Shown piece by piece: positions 45,791-55,394 of a stretch of 64,000 bases of DNA (positions are counted from its first letter, which is position 1; each line of letters opens with the position of its first letter). The translations under genes were made by a program, and so were the position numbers. Below the pieces are notes generated by a model, which saw only the letters and a list, made by a program, of their open reading frames with translations, was not told the DNA's origin and did no database searches. This DNA comes from Bacteroidota bacterium (GTDB lineage Bacteria > Bacteroidota > Bacteroidia > Bacteroidales > VadinHA17): contig JAZDMU010000048.1 of assembly GCA_043800695.1 (NCBI GenBank), positions 4,003-68,002 of the forward strand, written 5' to 3'.

Positions 45791-45903
45791 GTACCCTGCA
45801 CCTCCCTGCCTGCACCCCTGAGCCCCAAGGGGGCCCACCGCGCACTCCGTACCCTGCACCTTGTACCCTGTACCTTGCGTCGTGTGTCATGAGTCGTGCG
45901 TCT
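45791..45903. repeat. C-rich low-complexity periodic spacer (GTACCCTGCACC x2, CCTGYAC words, CGTCGTG words)
   Basis: Read directly. Abuts the hddA stop codon. On the minus strand it is G-rich (GGTACAGGGTACAAGGTGCAGGGTAC), related to the CAGGG words at 60366 and 61926. Confidence 0.75.
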
Positions 45904-46932
45904 TTAATTTATTTTCCAGGCTTCGCAGCCGTTTTCGCTGAAATGGAAGCTGATCACATTACCGTTAAACCTGCTGAGAGCTTTTATCAGGCCGAGGCGT
46001 TTTACAGGATCGATTGTAAAGAACATGAATCCGCCCCCTCCTGCGCCAGATACTTTACCTCCGTAAGCGCCTGCCTTAATAGCTGCCCGGTATATCTTCT
46101 CTATAGCAGGATTGGTGATCACCGATGCCATTTTCTTCTTGTTCTCCCACTCTTTTCCCAGTTCCCTGGCAAATTTTAATATGTCGCCCTTCAGAAGATA
46201 ATCCTTCATGACATACGAATTCTTCTTGAGGCGGTGTGTGGCTTCGAGAGGAGCCTTTCTTCCGCTGCTCGTATTGTTCTGTTGTTCCTTTATTATCCGG
46301 TCCGACGACCTTGAAGCGCCGGTGTAGAACAGTACCATTGACACTTCCAGCTCATCAATAGTTTCACGCTTAATCCTGAGAGGGTTTACGATGACCCTGT
46401 CGTCCTTATAGAACTCTATGAAATTGAAGCCCCCGAATGTAGCGGCATACTGGTCCTGCTTTCCGCCGCGGAATCCCAGGTCGTTCCTCTCAATGCGGCA
46501 TGCAAGATGGGCCATGTCATAGTCGCCAAGCGGGAGGTTCAGCCATTCGGTGAATGCCCTGAGAATTGCCACTACCATTGTGGACGAGGAACCTAGACCA
46601 CTTCCCGGAAGCGCATCACACCAGGTTGTTACCATGAACGAGAGCGGTCTTGTGATCTTAAAATCCTTTATTATCCTGTTATACACACCTTTGTGAAGAT
46701 CAAGCATGCCGTCAATAGGCAGCTCTCTCAGAGACGGGTATCTCTTCTTCAGGTTCAGATCAGCAGCATTGATGATAATTGATCCCGTAGCTGTCTCCTC
46801 AATGGTGCAGTATGCATACTGGTCGATGGTGGCATTAAGAACTGCACCGCCATAAATGTCGGAGTACGGCGAAACATCGGTTCCGCCGCCGGCAAGGCCA
46901 AGACGCAGGGGGGCTTTGCTTCTATAGATCAT
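45904..46932 (-). CDS. hddA: GHMP-family kinase, probable D-glycero-alpha-D-manno-heptose 7-phosphate kinase
   Basis: 342 aa. GHMP motif [10 protein letters not shown]-terminal [14 protein letters not shown]-terminal [18 protein letters not shown]. In context with gmhA, gmhB and the nucleotidyltransferase. Confidence 0.75.
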   Translation of the reverse strand: MIYRSKAPLRLGLAGGGTDVSPYSDIYGGAVLNATIDQYAYCTIEETATGSIIINAADLNLKKRYPSLRELPIDGMLDLHKGVYNRIIKDFKITRPLSFMVTTWCDALPGSGLGSSSTMVVAILRAFTEWLNLPLGDYDMAHLACRIERNDLGFRGGKQDQYAATFGGFNFIEFYKDDRVIVNPLRIKRETIDELEVSMVLFYTGASRSSDRIIKEQQNNTSSGRKAPLEATHRLKKNSYVMKDYLLKGDILKFARELGKEWENKKKMASVITNPAIEKIYRAAIKAGAYGGKVSGAGGGGFMFFTIDPVKRLGLIKALSRFNGNVISFHFSENGCEAWKIN

Positions 46933-46992
46933 GTTGCTGGTTACTGGTTGCTGGTTGCTGGTTGCTGGTTACTGGTTGCTGGTTACTGGTTG
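46933..46992. repeat. Heptamer array, 8.6 units of GTTGCTG/GTTACTG
   Basis: Read directly. Begins at the base immediately adjacent to the hddA start codon, so on the sense strand (CAACCAG/TAACCAG)n runs straight into the ATG. Confidence 0.95.
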
Positions 46993-47002
46993 TTTGTCAG
47001 TC

Positions 47003-47036
47003 ATTGCGAGTCCCGCCTCAGGCGGGACGAAGCAAT
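47003..47036. repeat. Hairpin ATTGC-GA-GTCCCGCC-TCA-GGCGGGAC-GAA-GCAAT just after the GT4 stop
   Basis: 8-bp inner stem and 5-bp outer stem read directly. The CATTGCGAG...CGAAGCAATC frame is a word pair I recall as recurrent in Bacteroidota intergenic DNA. Confidence 0.7.
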
Positions 47037-47038
47037 CC

Positions 47039-48166
47039 TTATCTTTCATTAGATATTTTCATTATAGACTCCGTTAGTTTATTCCAGGTAAATTTAGCTT
47101 TTTCTTCCTTAACACCTGTTGTGAACAACTCCTTACGGTTGTTGGTGAAATAATCATCAATGGAATCTGCCACAGCCTTTGCATCGGGTTCCACAACATA
47201 ACCGCATTTTCCATGGGGTACGATCTCACTCAATCCTCCGACATCGGTCACCAGCATCGGCTTTTCGAAATGGAAAGCTATCTGTGTCACGCCGCTCTGG
47301 GTAGCACTTCTGTAAGGCTGTACAATCAGGTCAGCAGCACTGAAGAACAGTGCAACCTCATCTTCATCGATAAAGCGGTCGTACAGGATCACATCATCAG
47401 CAAGACCATGTTTCTCAATAATCGCCTTGTAGGGCTTGTCACTCTCATAGAACTCGCCGGCGATAATCAGTTTCAGTTTCTTGCTCCTCAGCGTTCTGTC
47501 TGCAAATGCTTCCAGAAGAAGATCAAGTCCCTTGTATGCCCTTATGAATCCAAAAAAGAGCAGGTATGAATTCCCTTTATCAAGGTTAAGACTCTTCAGA
47601 GCCTCATCCCTCCCAACCTTTTCACCATAATTGTCGTATAAAGGATGAGGGTTGAAGGCAACCGGAATATCTACATTGAATGTTCTGAGGTCATCGCCAA
47701 CGCTTTTCGACATGACAACTGCCCCGTGAATAGCTCTCACAAAATAGCGGGTAAGGAGCCTATCGATGAAGCTTTCTTCGTGCGGTATAACATTATCGAA
47801 TATGCAAATTACCCTGGTACTTTTCTTACCTGCAATCCGGGCAACAGTACCGAAACAGGGCGACATGAAAGGATGCCAGTACTTTATCACAAGAAGATCA
47901 GGCTGCTTCCTTTTTATGCTCCGTCCGGTTTTTATCCAGTTGAAAGGATTAACTGAACTCAGCACCCTGCTGATCTTTAATCCCTGAGGTGCAGGAGTTT
48001 CAGTATATTGTGTTTTGCCGGGGAAAAGAAATCCGGGATACTGAAGTGTAAATGTAAGTATCTCAACATCATGACCTTCGTCAATGAACTGCCGGGCCAG
48101 GCGCTCATTGTATGAAGCCAGTCCGCCGCGGTAAGGGTGTGCAGTTCCCAGTATTACAATCCTCAT
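47039..48166 (-). CDS. GT4-family (GT-B fold) glycosyltransferase
   Basis: 375 aa. MRIVILGTAHPYRGG N-terminus and a C-terminal EX7E-like region (..QPYRSATQSGVTQIAFHFEKPMLVTDVGGLSEIV..). Confidence 0.8.
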   Translation of the reverse strand: MRIVILGTAHPYRGGLASYNERLARQFIDEGHDVEILTFTLQYPGFLFPGKTQYTETPAPQGLKISRVLSSVNPFNWIKTGRSIKRKQPDLLVIKYWHPFMSPCFGTVARIAGKKSTRVICIFDNVIPHEESFIDRLLTRYFVRAIHGAVVMSKSVGDDLRTFNVDIPVAFNPHPLYDNYGEKVGRDEALKSLNLDKGNSYLLFFGFIRAYKGLDLLLEAFADRTLRSKKLKLIIAGEFYESDKPYKAIIEKHGLADDVILYDRFIDEDEVALFFSAADLIVQPYRSATQSGVTQIAFHFEKPMLVTDVGGLSEIVPHGKCGYVVEPDAKAVADSIDDYFTNNRKELFTTGVKEEKAKFTWNKLTESIMKISNER

Positions 48167-48205
48167 AATCCCTTAAAAGTCCAAATTTAATGAAAATGAG
48201 GGATT

Positions 48206-48247
48206 GTTACTAGTTACTGGTTACAGGTTGCTGGTTGCTGGTTTACT
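48206..48247. repeat. Heptamer array GTTACTA GTTACTG GTTACAG GTTGCTG GTTGCTG GTTTACT
   Basis: Read directly. 39 nt upstream of the GT4 ATG in CAACCAG sense orientation. Overlaps the stop codon of the upstream DUF5362-like gene. Confidence 0.9.
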
Positions 48248-48617
48248 AAAACAGGGAACCTGAGGCAAGCAGTCCGATAATAACTATCAGGTAGATGCCA
48301 AAGAAAGCAAGTCCTATTATCGTTAGTACAAACTGGATGAAGAAGGCTCTGGTCTGTTTGTCAATCGTATAGATGAGATCATCTTTGGAACCGGATGCAA
48401 GGTATTTTTTAAACCCATCTGCGGCTTCCCTGAGCCTGATGCCCATGTAAATTACCGGCACTCCGATGAGGGCTCCGATGATCGTGAGGCAATACAGGGC
48501 CCCCCCTATTATCTGAAGCAGCCCGATGAAATTCATATACTTTGCCAGGTTTGGTATATTCGATGATAATAAATTATCGGTCTGGCCGCCGGTTGTAACT
48601 GATTCCTGTTCTGACAT
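48246..48617 (-). CDS. Small membrane protein (DUF5362-like)
   Basis: The ATG at 48617 (MSEQESVTTGG..) is preceded by AGGAGG. Two long hydrophobic helices flank ..GIRLREAADGFKKYL.. Confidence 0.5.
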   Translation of the reverse strand: MSEQESVTTGGQTDNLLSSNIPNLAKYMNFIGLLQIIGGALYCLTIIGALIGVPVIYMGIRLREAADGFKKYLASGSKDDLIYTIDKQTRAFFIQFVLTIIGLAFFGIYLIVIIGLLASGSLF

Positions 48618-48757
48618 GTTTGATCCTCCTTTGGTTAAGTGAATAATATAAAGTACTATTTTACTCCAGTGAAAAACTAATATAGATATAATTCCTGACA
48701 AAAAAGGACAGGCGTGAGGAATTATGTTGTTTTTAATTGCACGTACTCACCCCCCAG

Positions 48758-48785
48758 CCCCCTCTCTGCTGAAGCAAAGAGGGGG
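48758..48785. repeat. Third copy of the CCCCCTyCy-TGC-loop-GCA-rGrAGGGGG hairpin unit
   Basis: CCCCCTCTCTGC-TGAA-GCAAAGAGGGGG. It has a C.A mismatch at the same stem position as the copy at 24944..24972. Confidence 0.75.
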
Positions 48786-48792
48786 AGTGACT

Positions 48793-50007
48793 CTATTGAA
48801 GATAATCTTTAAGGTAGCTGAATCCCGGGGTAAGCTCGCCAGCCCTCAGTATCGATGCCCTCTCCAGCATCAGGCTTGTTTTTCCGGTGAGCAGGTCATG
48901 CAAAGCGTTTTGCATCAGCTGCCTGCCGAAATCATGAGATGCATCCCGCGGAAGCTCGCCGGGGAGATTATCAATAGCCATCACAGTAATATTTGTCGGC
49001 CTGCTGAATGCAGGTTCTTCAGTTTCTAGATGCGGATTATATCCATAGAAAGGATCTGCAATCGTGGTCGCCCGTAATGTCGATGGAACCGGACCATTGA
49101 CATCACAGCTTATGTCGGCTATGACAGATATCCTGAAATCAGGCCTCCTCATATCCTCTCTGTTAAAAAAAACCGGTGACTTCGGATTCCAGAAGTGACC
49201 TGTTACGAGTAAATCGGTAACCCTTGTAAAAGGGATAAATGCTGATTCATATTCTTCAGGGTGCCTGGAGAAATGGGCAAAACTGTACTTCTGTCCATCC
49301 CTGCGCCGGGTGTAGTGCTCAGGACCTATCTGGCATACGACAGGGACATCGAAATCGCGGGTAAGGAACTCTTCAGGTGCAACCTGCACGAGATTGCAGA
49401 TACTGAGTGTTTCCATTGCCCCGTTCGCAACCCTCCCCTGCCCTGTAACCAGTATCTTCAGTCCGGGTGTAAGCTGGATAAGTCTGAGCCCTGCCCACAT
49501 CTCATCAAGGTCGTGGCACTGATGCGCCGGCTTCAGCCTGAACCTGTTTGTCTTTATTCCCCTTGCCCTCAGTCCGTTATATGCTCCGACGATCCCTGCA
49601 TAGCGCCCGAATGCAACCACCCTGTCACCCTTATCCGTAGTTAGATATTCATAATCTATAAGGCTAATCTGTCTGGCAGCCATCTCGCGGAACATCTCCC
49701 TGTTATGCGGCTGTCTCTTGCCCACATGTGCAAAAAACAGGTATGTTTTGGCGGGAATGAAGGTTCGCCTGTCAACTTCCTTGATACCCATAAGGATATC
49801 ACAATCATGCAGATCCTCTTTCAGCGGGATATCAAGGTATTCATACTCTTCATCAGAATAGCACCTTATATCGCTTGGCTGTACGTAGAATTCAACAAAC
49901 GGATACTGCTCTTGCAGGACTATTATCTGCGGCGGAGTCAGGGGAACCCTCCTGTCGGGCGGATTCTTTGTCTCGCGCAATATTCCTATCCTGAGTGTTT
50001 TTTCCAT
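48793..50007 (-). CDS. Alanine dehydrogenase/PNT-fold NAD(P)-dependent oxidoreductase (saccharopine/lysine dehydrogenase-like)
   Basis: The ATG at 50007 (MEKTLRIGILRETKNPPDRRVPLTP..) lies just after the GH9 stop; the ORF-track start at 50091 overlaps GH9. Rossmann VTGQGRVANG. Confidence 0.6.
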   Translation of the reverse strand: MEKTLRIGILRETKNPPDRRVPLTPPQIIVLQEQYPFVEFYVQPSDIRCYSDEEYEYLDIPLKEDLHDCDILMGIKEVDRRTFIPAKTYLFFAHVGKRQPHNREMFREMAARQISLIDYEYLTTDKGDRVVAFGRYAGIVGAYNGLRARGIKTNRFRLKPAHQCHDLDEMWAGLRLIQLTPGLKILVTGQGRVANGAMETLSICNLVQVAPEEFLTRDFDVPVVCQIGPEHYTRRRDGQKYSFAHFSRHPEEYESAFIPFTRVTDLLVTGHFWNPKSPVFFNREDMRRPDFRISVIADISCDVNGPVPSTLRATTIADPFYGYNPHLETEEPAFSRPTNITVMAIDNLPGELPRDASHDFGRQLMQNALHDLLTGKTSLMLERASILRAGELTPGFSYLKDYLQ

Positions 50008-50020
50008 AACTGGGCCGGTT

Positions 50021-52465
50021 TTATTCTTCCAGCAGCTGGTCCGCCGCCAGGACAAGGAACATGAAGTTGGTTGCACCTCCTCCCATAACATATTCCTGCT
50101 GCTGCCAGAGGTAGGGCCACTCGAGCAGTTCCGGGAAATCGGGGCGTATCAGTGCGGTCCCTGAGGAGACACCGCCCGGAATGTACGACCAGTCAGCCCT
50201 GTTGACTCCGTAAGCTATTGTTGTGGACCTGGCACCAACTCCGGAAGCAAATGATGAGGTATTTATCCCGGGATGCACTCCCAGGATGAAATTCAACGCA
50301 TTGAAAATGTAATCTGAGGGAAAGATATCAGGGAAAGCCCTGTGCAGGAAATATTGTCTAACTCCAAAACTCTGGATATCCCATCCGGCGCCCCATATAT
50401 AAGGACGGTAAGGCACCCCGAAAGGAGTTTCGGCACCCTGTTTTATTATATCTGCAGAAATTGCCCTGACAGCTTCCCTTACCGACCGGGTTAACAGATC
50501 ATTATTGATCTTTGGAAGAGCGGGACCTATGAGCCAGGCAAGACTCCTTATGTCCTTCAGGATAAATGACTCATTATTAAGAACATAATCCTTGTACGAC
50601 TGTTTCCCTGTTGTCAGATAAAGCTCAGTTGCAGCATGGATCTTTGATGATATAGCACGTCCGTTTATGGGTCTGTCAAGAGCAAAAATCGCTTCAGCAA
50701 GCTCAAGGCACAGGAGGCTTAGGGTATCGTTGAATCCTTTCAGGACTCTTGAAGCGGCTGCCATGTGAGCTGCCGTACTTAGTTCTCTTCCAGGATTATC
50801 CTCGGTGAACACCCACCTGTCGTCAGGTTGTGCCGGTTTATTGATCAGACCATCAGTCATTGCAGCACCGTCGCCCAGAAGGACATACTGCCTAAGCGTG
50901 GGACAGATGATGCCTCTGTATAGTCTTTCCATATTGTGGTACCCTCCCACAACAGAGAGTGCTCCGTGCTCAATCTGCTGAAGGATATCGGGCTTACCAT
51001 CGGGTTGATGGATCTCCACTATCCTGGAATGCTGATCGATTGATGTCTCATCATATTTAATCTTGAAAGCCTCGTAAGCCTGTACAAGAATATAAACCTC
51101 ACCGCTTTGTGACTCAACCCTCAGGTCATAGTCGCCGGCATCGTGCCAACCTCCGATATTAAGTCCGGGAACATGTTCTCCGGATTTATATTTTGTGAGT
51201 GTGGATGGACCCTGAAGGTATCCGTCGAAGTGATTGGTATCGGTTGGCGCCATGCGTGCATCGTCCATATGGCAGAGGTCGTGCCATACGCGGTACTTTT
51301 CATTAATCCTCATATGGCACATCTGAACAGGAAGAAAGTATTCCAGTGTCGGTTGCCAGACATCCCTTTTAAAAACGTCCTCAGCGATCCTGAAAGACTG
51401 TGATTCATAAGTGCCATATCTCATCATGTAAATACCTTCCTTATTGACTGAAGTAAAATCGAATTTCAGGTAATTATATCTGAGAAATTTACCCCATTCT
51501 TCAGGTTTGATGGATTTTACGATCTGCATTTTACCATCTGCCCCGATATTGAGAAGTTCCGCATCGTGTCTTTCCTGGTCATTCTTATCCAGTTCAATAA
51601 GTGCATATTTCTGCTGTGAGGGTTTATAACCTATCTGTGATACATGAATAACAGGATCGCTCCTCCATCCGCTAACAACATTGGGAGTTATTATCCATTC
51701 GATAGCATTCTTTGTTGTGCCTGGCGAAACAAGGGTTCTGATGACGAACCAGCCATTATTGTGAGTGTACCGGCCGTCAATCAGCTTAATATCTCCAGTC
51801 CTCGACATGATTGACAGCCTCAGGAGGTCGTCTTCAGGAGCAACTGTAATTTGTTTTCCGGCAGCCATTGGTTCAGCTGCAACAAGGTTACCGTTTTTGT
51901 CAAATATACCCGGACCGTTTGCCTGCTGCGGGAAGATTCCTGACTTGTTATCCAGTATCCATGTTTTTCCGAACAGGATCCCCGGGAACAGTTCCATATT
52001 GAATCCCACCTTGCCGATAAACTCTTCAGGCACCGGCCGGTCAATATCTACAGTTATTATTATTGACCCGCCCTCAGCACGTGTTTTTACTATATAATTA
52101 AAATAGAGATCGGGATAGGTTATCGGGTTGAATCCTTTCCTGTTTATTGCAGAATCGGGATACGTAAGATAAGCCGTGATCAGGTTTCCGTTTTTATCGA
52201 CTGTTCTTTTTTTCTGTTTCGGGATCGGCTGCCACTGCCCTGGTGTTTCATCAAGCCTGAGGTCGCCGTTTGTAGCTATCCTCATCCCATGCATTATCAC
52301 GGCAACACCTCCCTGGTGGCCTTCGGGATAGATATCCTGGAATGCCATCACGTTAACTCCCCCGTTCTCAAAATATTCCAGATCATTTAACCGGAAACCC
52401 GGTTGCTGTGAAATGCCATTAAGAATAAGTGTAATAAATACACTTATTATGATGATCTTTTTCAT
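50021..52465 (-). CDS. Glycoside hydrolase family 9 protein with a large N-terminal beta-rich extension
   Basis: 814 aa with a signal peptide. GGWHDAGDYDLRV matches the GH9 DAGD catalytic motif. The (alpha/alpha)6-like C-terminal half carries a conserved acidic residue in ..YLWQQQEYVMGGG.. Confidence 0.7.
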   Translation of the reverse strand: MKKIIIISVFITLILNGISQQPGFRLNDLEYFENGGVNVMAFQDIYPEGHQGGVAVIMHGMRIATNGDLRLDETPGQWQPIPKQKKRTVDKNGNLITAYLTYPDSAINRKGFNPITYPDLYFNYIVKTRAEGGSIIITVDIDRPVPEEFIGKVGFNMELFPGILFGKTWILDNKSGIFPQQANGPGIFDKNGNLVAAEPMAAGKQITVAPEDDLLRLSIMSRTGDIKLIDGRYTHNNGWFVIRTLVSPGTTKNAIEWIITPNVVSGWRSDPVIHVSQIGYKPSQQKYALIELDKNDQERHDAELLNIGADGKMQIVKSIKPEEWGKFLRYNYLKFDFTSVNKEGIYMMRYGTYESQSFRIAEDVFKRDVWQPTLEYFLPVQMCHMRINEKYRVWHDLCHMDDARMAPTDTNHFDGYLQGPSTLTKYKSGEHVPGLNIGGWHDAGDYDLRVESQSGEVYILVQAYEAFKIKYDETSIDQHSRIVEIHQPDGKPDILQQIEHGALSVVGGYHNMERLYRGIICPTLRQYVLLGDGAAMTDGLINKPAQPDDRWVFTEDNPGRELSTAAHMAAASRVLKGFNDTLSLLCLELAEAIFALDRPINGRAISSKIHAATELYLTTGKQSYKDYVLNNESFILKDIRSLAWLIGPALPKINNDLLTRSVREAVRAISADIIKQGAETPFGVPYRPYIWGAGWDIQSFGVRQYFLHRAFPDIFPSDYIFNALNFILGVHPGINTSSFASGVGARSTTIAYGVNRADWSYIPGGVSSGTALIRPDFPELLEWPYLWQQQEYVMGGGATNFMFLVLAADQLLEE

Positions 52466-52613
52466 GCGTCTTGCTCAGTTGTGTTTATAATGTGAAGATA
52501 AAAACTATCCGACTAATAAAGAAACATATTTGCTGGTACTTCCCACATTATGAATTTACTGTTTCACATAACGAAACTTTAGTTTTCGGACTATTGTGGT
52601 CAGCCTTTTACAA

Positions 52614-53972
52614 TTATGACTGGAATTTTAAGGTAATCCATGTCCCTTTACCCGGAGTAGAGTTTACCGAGATTGTTCCATTATGATTTTGCATTATTTG
52701 TTTCGCCAGGCTTAATCCTATTCCCGATCCGTTTTCTTTTGTTGTATAAAATGGAACAAAAATATCCCCGATAATATCCTCTGATATCCCGGTACCATTA
52801 TCTTCAACCTGAATTATTTTACATCCTTCACCATAAAAGGCCTTCAACAGAATAACTCCGTTATCATTGTTGTCTAAAGCCTCAACAGAGTTTTTTATCA
52901 GATTGATCAGGATTTGTTCAACCTGGGCATAGTCTGCAGTTAATACAATATCTTCAGGGTTAATGTGTGATCTGATTTTCAGGTTATCCGGTATATTTGA
53001 TTCCATGAGGAGTTTGCATTTTCCGAAAAGGCTGTCAATAGTGAATCTTGTTAGCTTTGGTTTTGGCAATAATGTTAAGTTTCTGTACTTTTCAACAAAA
53101 TTCAGTAATCCTTTTCCGGTTTCTTCAATAGTATTTAACCCGGATATCGTTTTAAATATTGTCTGATTATTTATTTGTTCCGGATGAACCGGATTATCAT
53201 TATCTTTAAAATAGCCTGAAATAACCGAGGTAAGCGAAGTAATAGGACTTACAGAATTCATAATCTCATGGGTTAACACCCGGATTAGTCTTTGCCAGGA
53301 ATCCAGTTCTTTCTTATCGAGTTCATTGGTAATATCCTGAAAAGAAACCAGCTTAATTACATTCCTTTCAAATTTCAGTTCGGTGGCTTTTAATAAAATA
53401 CTTTGTAAAAGATTGTCTATCTTCATTTTATGCAAAACCTCCTTTCCCGGTTTGATAGTATTTACAGTTTTAAACATTTCATCATCAATGGTTTCTAAAG
53501 ATGATAGTTGCCAGAGTTGTTGAACGTTTAAATACCTTTTTGCAGTCCTGTTTAAAATTCCTATCCTTCCATTCGTATCAAATGATAATAGTCCAGTGTC
53601 AACATGGTCAACCACACTTTGTAAGAATTGGCTCGTTCTCTCATTTTCAATTTTTGTATTCTGAATGACAATATTGACCTGATTCATTTTATAATGTAGT
53701 TTTTTGAATGAAGTATTCATAGCCCTTTCAGAAAACCGAACGGATGTATCATGGTCCTGAACCGATGAAAAGAACTTTTCCAGATCTGCATTTGTTTTGT
53801 TAACCTGGTTTACCAGTAACCAGGTCTGTAACACAATAAGAAAAATAATACCTGCCAGTGTAAAATAGTATCCCCTGTCAAGATGTTGAAATATTATCCC
53901 TAGTGCAATACAGGATAAAACGATCATAATTACCCGGATGAGCACATTGATGAAGAATTTATTTAATACCAT
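52614..53972 (-). CDS. Sensor histidine kinase (two TM helices, PAS-like, HisKA, HATPase_c)
   Basis: 452 aa. H-box VLTHEIMNSVSPI, N-box LINLIKNSVEA, G-boxes DNGTGI and GSGIGLSL. Confidence 0.85.
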   Translation of the reverse strand: MVLNKFFINVLIRVIMIVLSCIALGIIFQHLDRGYYFTLAGIIFLIVLQTWLLVNQVNKTNADLEKFFSSVQDHDTSVRFSERAMNTSFKKLHYKMNQVNIVIQNTKIENERTSQFLQSVVDHVDTGLLSFDTNGRIGILNRTAKRYLNVQQLWQLSSLETIDDEMFKTVNTIKPGKEVLHKMKIDNLLQSILLKATELKFERNVIKLVSFQDITNELDKKELDSWQRLIRVLTHEIMNSVSPITSLTSVISGYFKDNDNPVHPEQINNQTIFKTISGLNTIEETGKGLLNFVEKYRNLTLLPKPKLTRFTIDSLFGKCKLLMESNIPDNLKIRSHINPEDIVLTADYAQVEQILINLIKNSVEALDNNDNGVILLKAFYGEGCKIIQVEDNGTGISEDIIGDIFVPFYTTKENGSGIGLSLAKQIMQNHNGTISVNSTPGKGTWITLKFQS

Positions 53973-53983
53973 ATTTAAAGTTT

Positions 53984-55348
53984 CTAAAGGTTATACTTTT
54001 GCATCTTGTTGTACATGGTTTGCCGTGCTAATCCCAATTCTCTTGATGCTTTTAATACACTCCCGTTATTGTTATTCAGAGCATTTAGCAGGGCTTGTTT
54101 TTCTATTCCTGCAAATGTTGGTGGCTTTTCCTGATGGATTGTTTGTTGTGTCGTATGCAAGATGATAAAGTCATCGGGCGTTAATGCATCAGAATCACAT
54201 AATATAACAGCCTTTTCTATTGTATGCCGCAACTCTCTCACATTTCCCGGCCAGTTATATTTCATGAGTTTATCCAGGGTTTTACTGTTAAATTTCAGGT
54301 AATATTTTTCGTATTTGTTTGCATATTCCTTTAAGAAATGCTCTGCAAGCAAAATAATATCCTCACCGCGGTCACGCAAAGGAGGGATTTCGATAACAAT
54401 TGTGTTAATCCGGTAATACAAATCCTCGCGAAAGAGATTCTTCAAAACCATTTCTTCGAGATTTTTATTCGTTGCACAGACAAGCCGTATATCAAAATGG
54501 ATAGGAGTTTTTGAACCTACCTTATAAATTATACGATTTTGAATGGCTGCCAGCAGTTTTGATTGCATGGTAAGAGAAAGGTTGCCTATTTCATCCAGAA
54601 ACAAGGTGCCTCCTGAAGCCGTTTCAAACCACCCGGTTTTATCTTCCCTGGCATCGGTAAATGCCCCTTTAATGTGCCCGAACATTTCACTCTCAAATAA
54701 TGTATCAGTAATTGTGCCTATGTCAATGCCGATAAAGACTTCATCTGTTCTGCCCGAATTATTATGGATTTCTCTTACAATTAATTCTTTTCCTGTCCCA
54801 TTCTCGCCAATGACTAAAACATTTGCATCTGTCCTGGCTACCTTGTTTATTACCTTCAATACATTTCCCATTACCTGTGATTTGCCAATCAAAGGACCAT
54901 CTTTTTTAGTAAGCCCTTTGTTTATCTGCTTTTGCCTGTCGCGGAGCTTCTTAGTTTCAATCTTTGATTGCCTGAGTTTAAATGCTGATTGCATGGTGGC
55001 GATAAGTTTATTATTGTCCCATGGCTTAGCCACAAAATCAGTGGCACCTTCTTTTATAGCCCTGACAGCAAGATTAACATCGGAATAAGCAGTTATCATC
55101 ACAACAGCAGCTATCGGATCTGTTTTTAATATACGGTTAAGCCAGTATATACCTTCATTGCCCGTATTAACACCTGCTGAAAAGTTCATGTCCAATAAGA
55201 TCACATCAAACTCCTCCTTGTTAATATAACTAATGATTTGATTAGGATTTGATAATCCTGTAATACTTTCAAATTCCGGTTCAAGCAACTGAATCAATGC
55301 TTTTAAAACCTGTTTGTGATCGTCAATAATCAACAATTTGCCATTCAT
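53984..55348 (-). CDS. Sigma-54-dependent response regulator (NtrC family)
   Basis: 454 aa. Receiver (LLIIDDH..ILLDMNF), AAA+ domain (GENGTGKE, GAFTDA loop, LFLDEIG) and a C-terminal Fis-type HTH. Confidence 0.9.
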   Translation of the reverse strand: MNGKLLIIDDHKQVLKALIQLLEPEFESITGLSNPNQIISYINKEEFDVILLDMNFSAGVNTGNEGIYWLNRILKTDPIAAVVMITAYSDVNLAVRAIKEGATDFVAKPWDNNKLIATMQSAFKLRQSKIETKKLRDRQKQINKGLTKKDGPLIGKSQVMGNVLKVINKVARTDANVLVIGENGTGKELIVREIHNNSGRTDEVFIGIDIGTITDTLFESEMFGHIKGAFTDAREDKTGWFETASGGTLFLDEIGNLSLTMQSKLLAAIQNRIIYKVGSKTPIHFDIRLVCATNKNLEEMVLKNLFREDLYYRINTIVIEIPPLRDRGEDIILLAEHFLKEYANKYEKYYLKFNSKTLDKLMKYNWPGNVRELRHTIEKAVILCDSDALTPDDFIILHTTQQTIHQEKPPTFAGIEKQALLNALNNNNGSVLKASRELGLARQTMYNKMQKYNL

Positions 55349-55394
55349 CTTATATGCTTAATATTTCTAATTATGTCTATATTATGGACATCTG

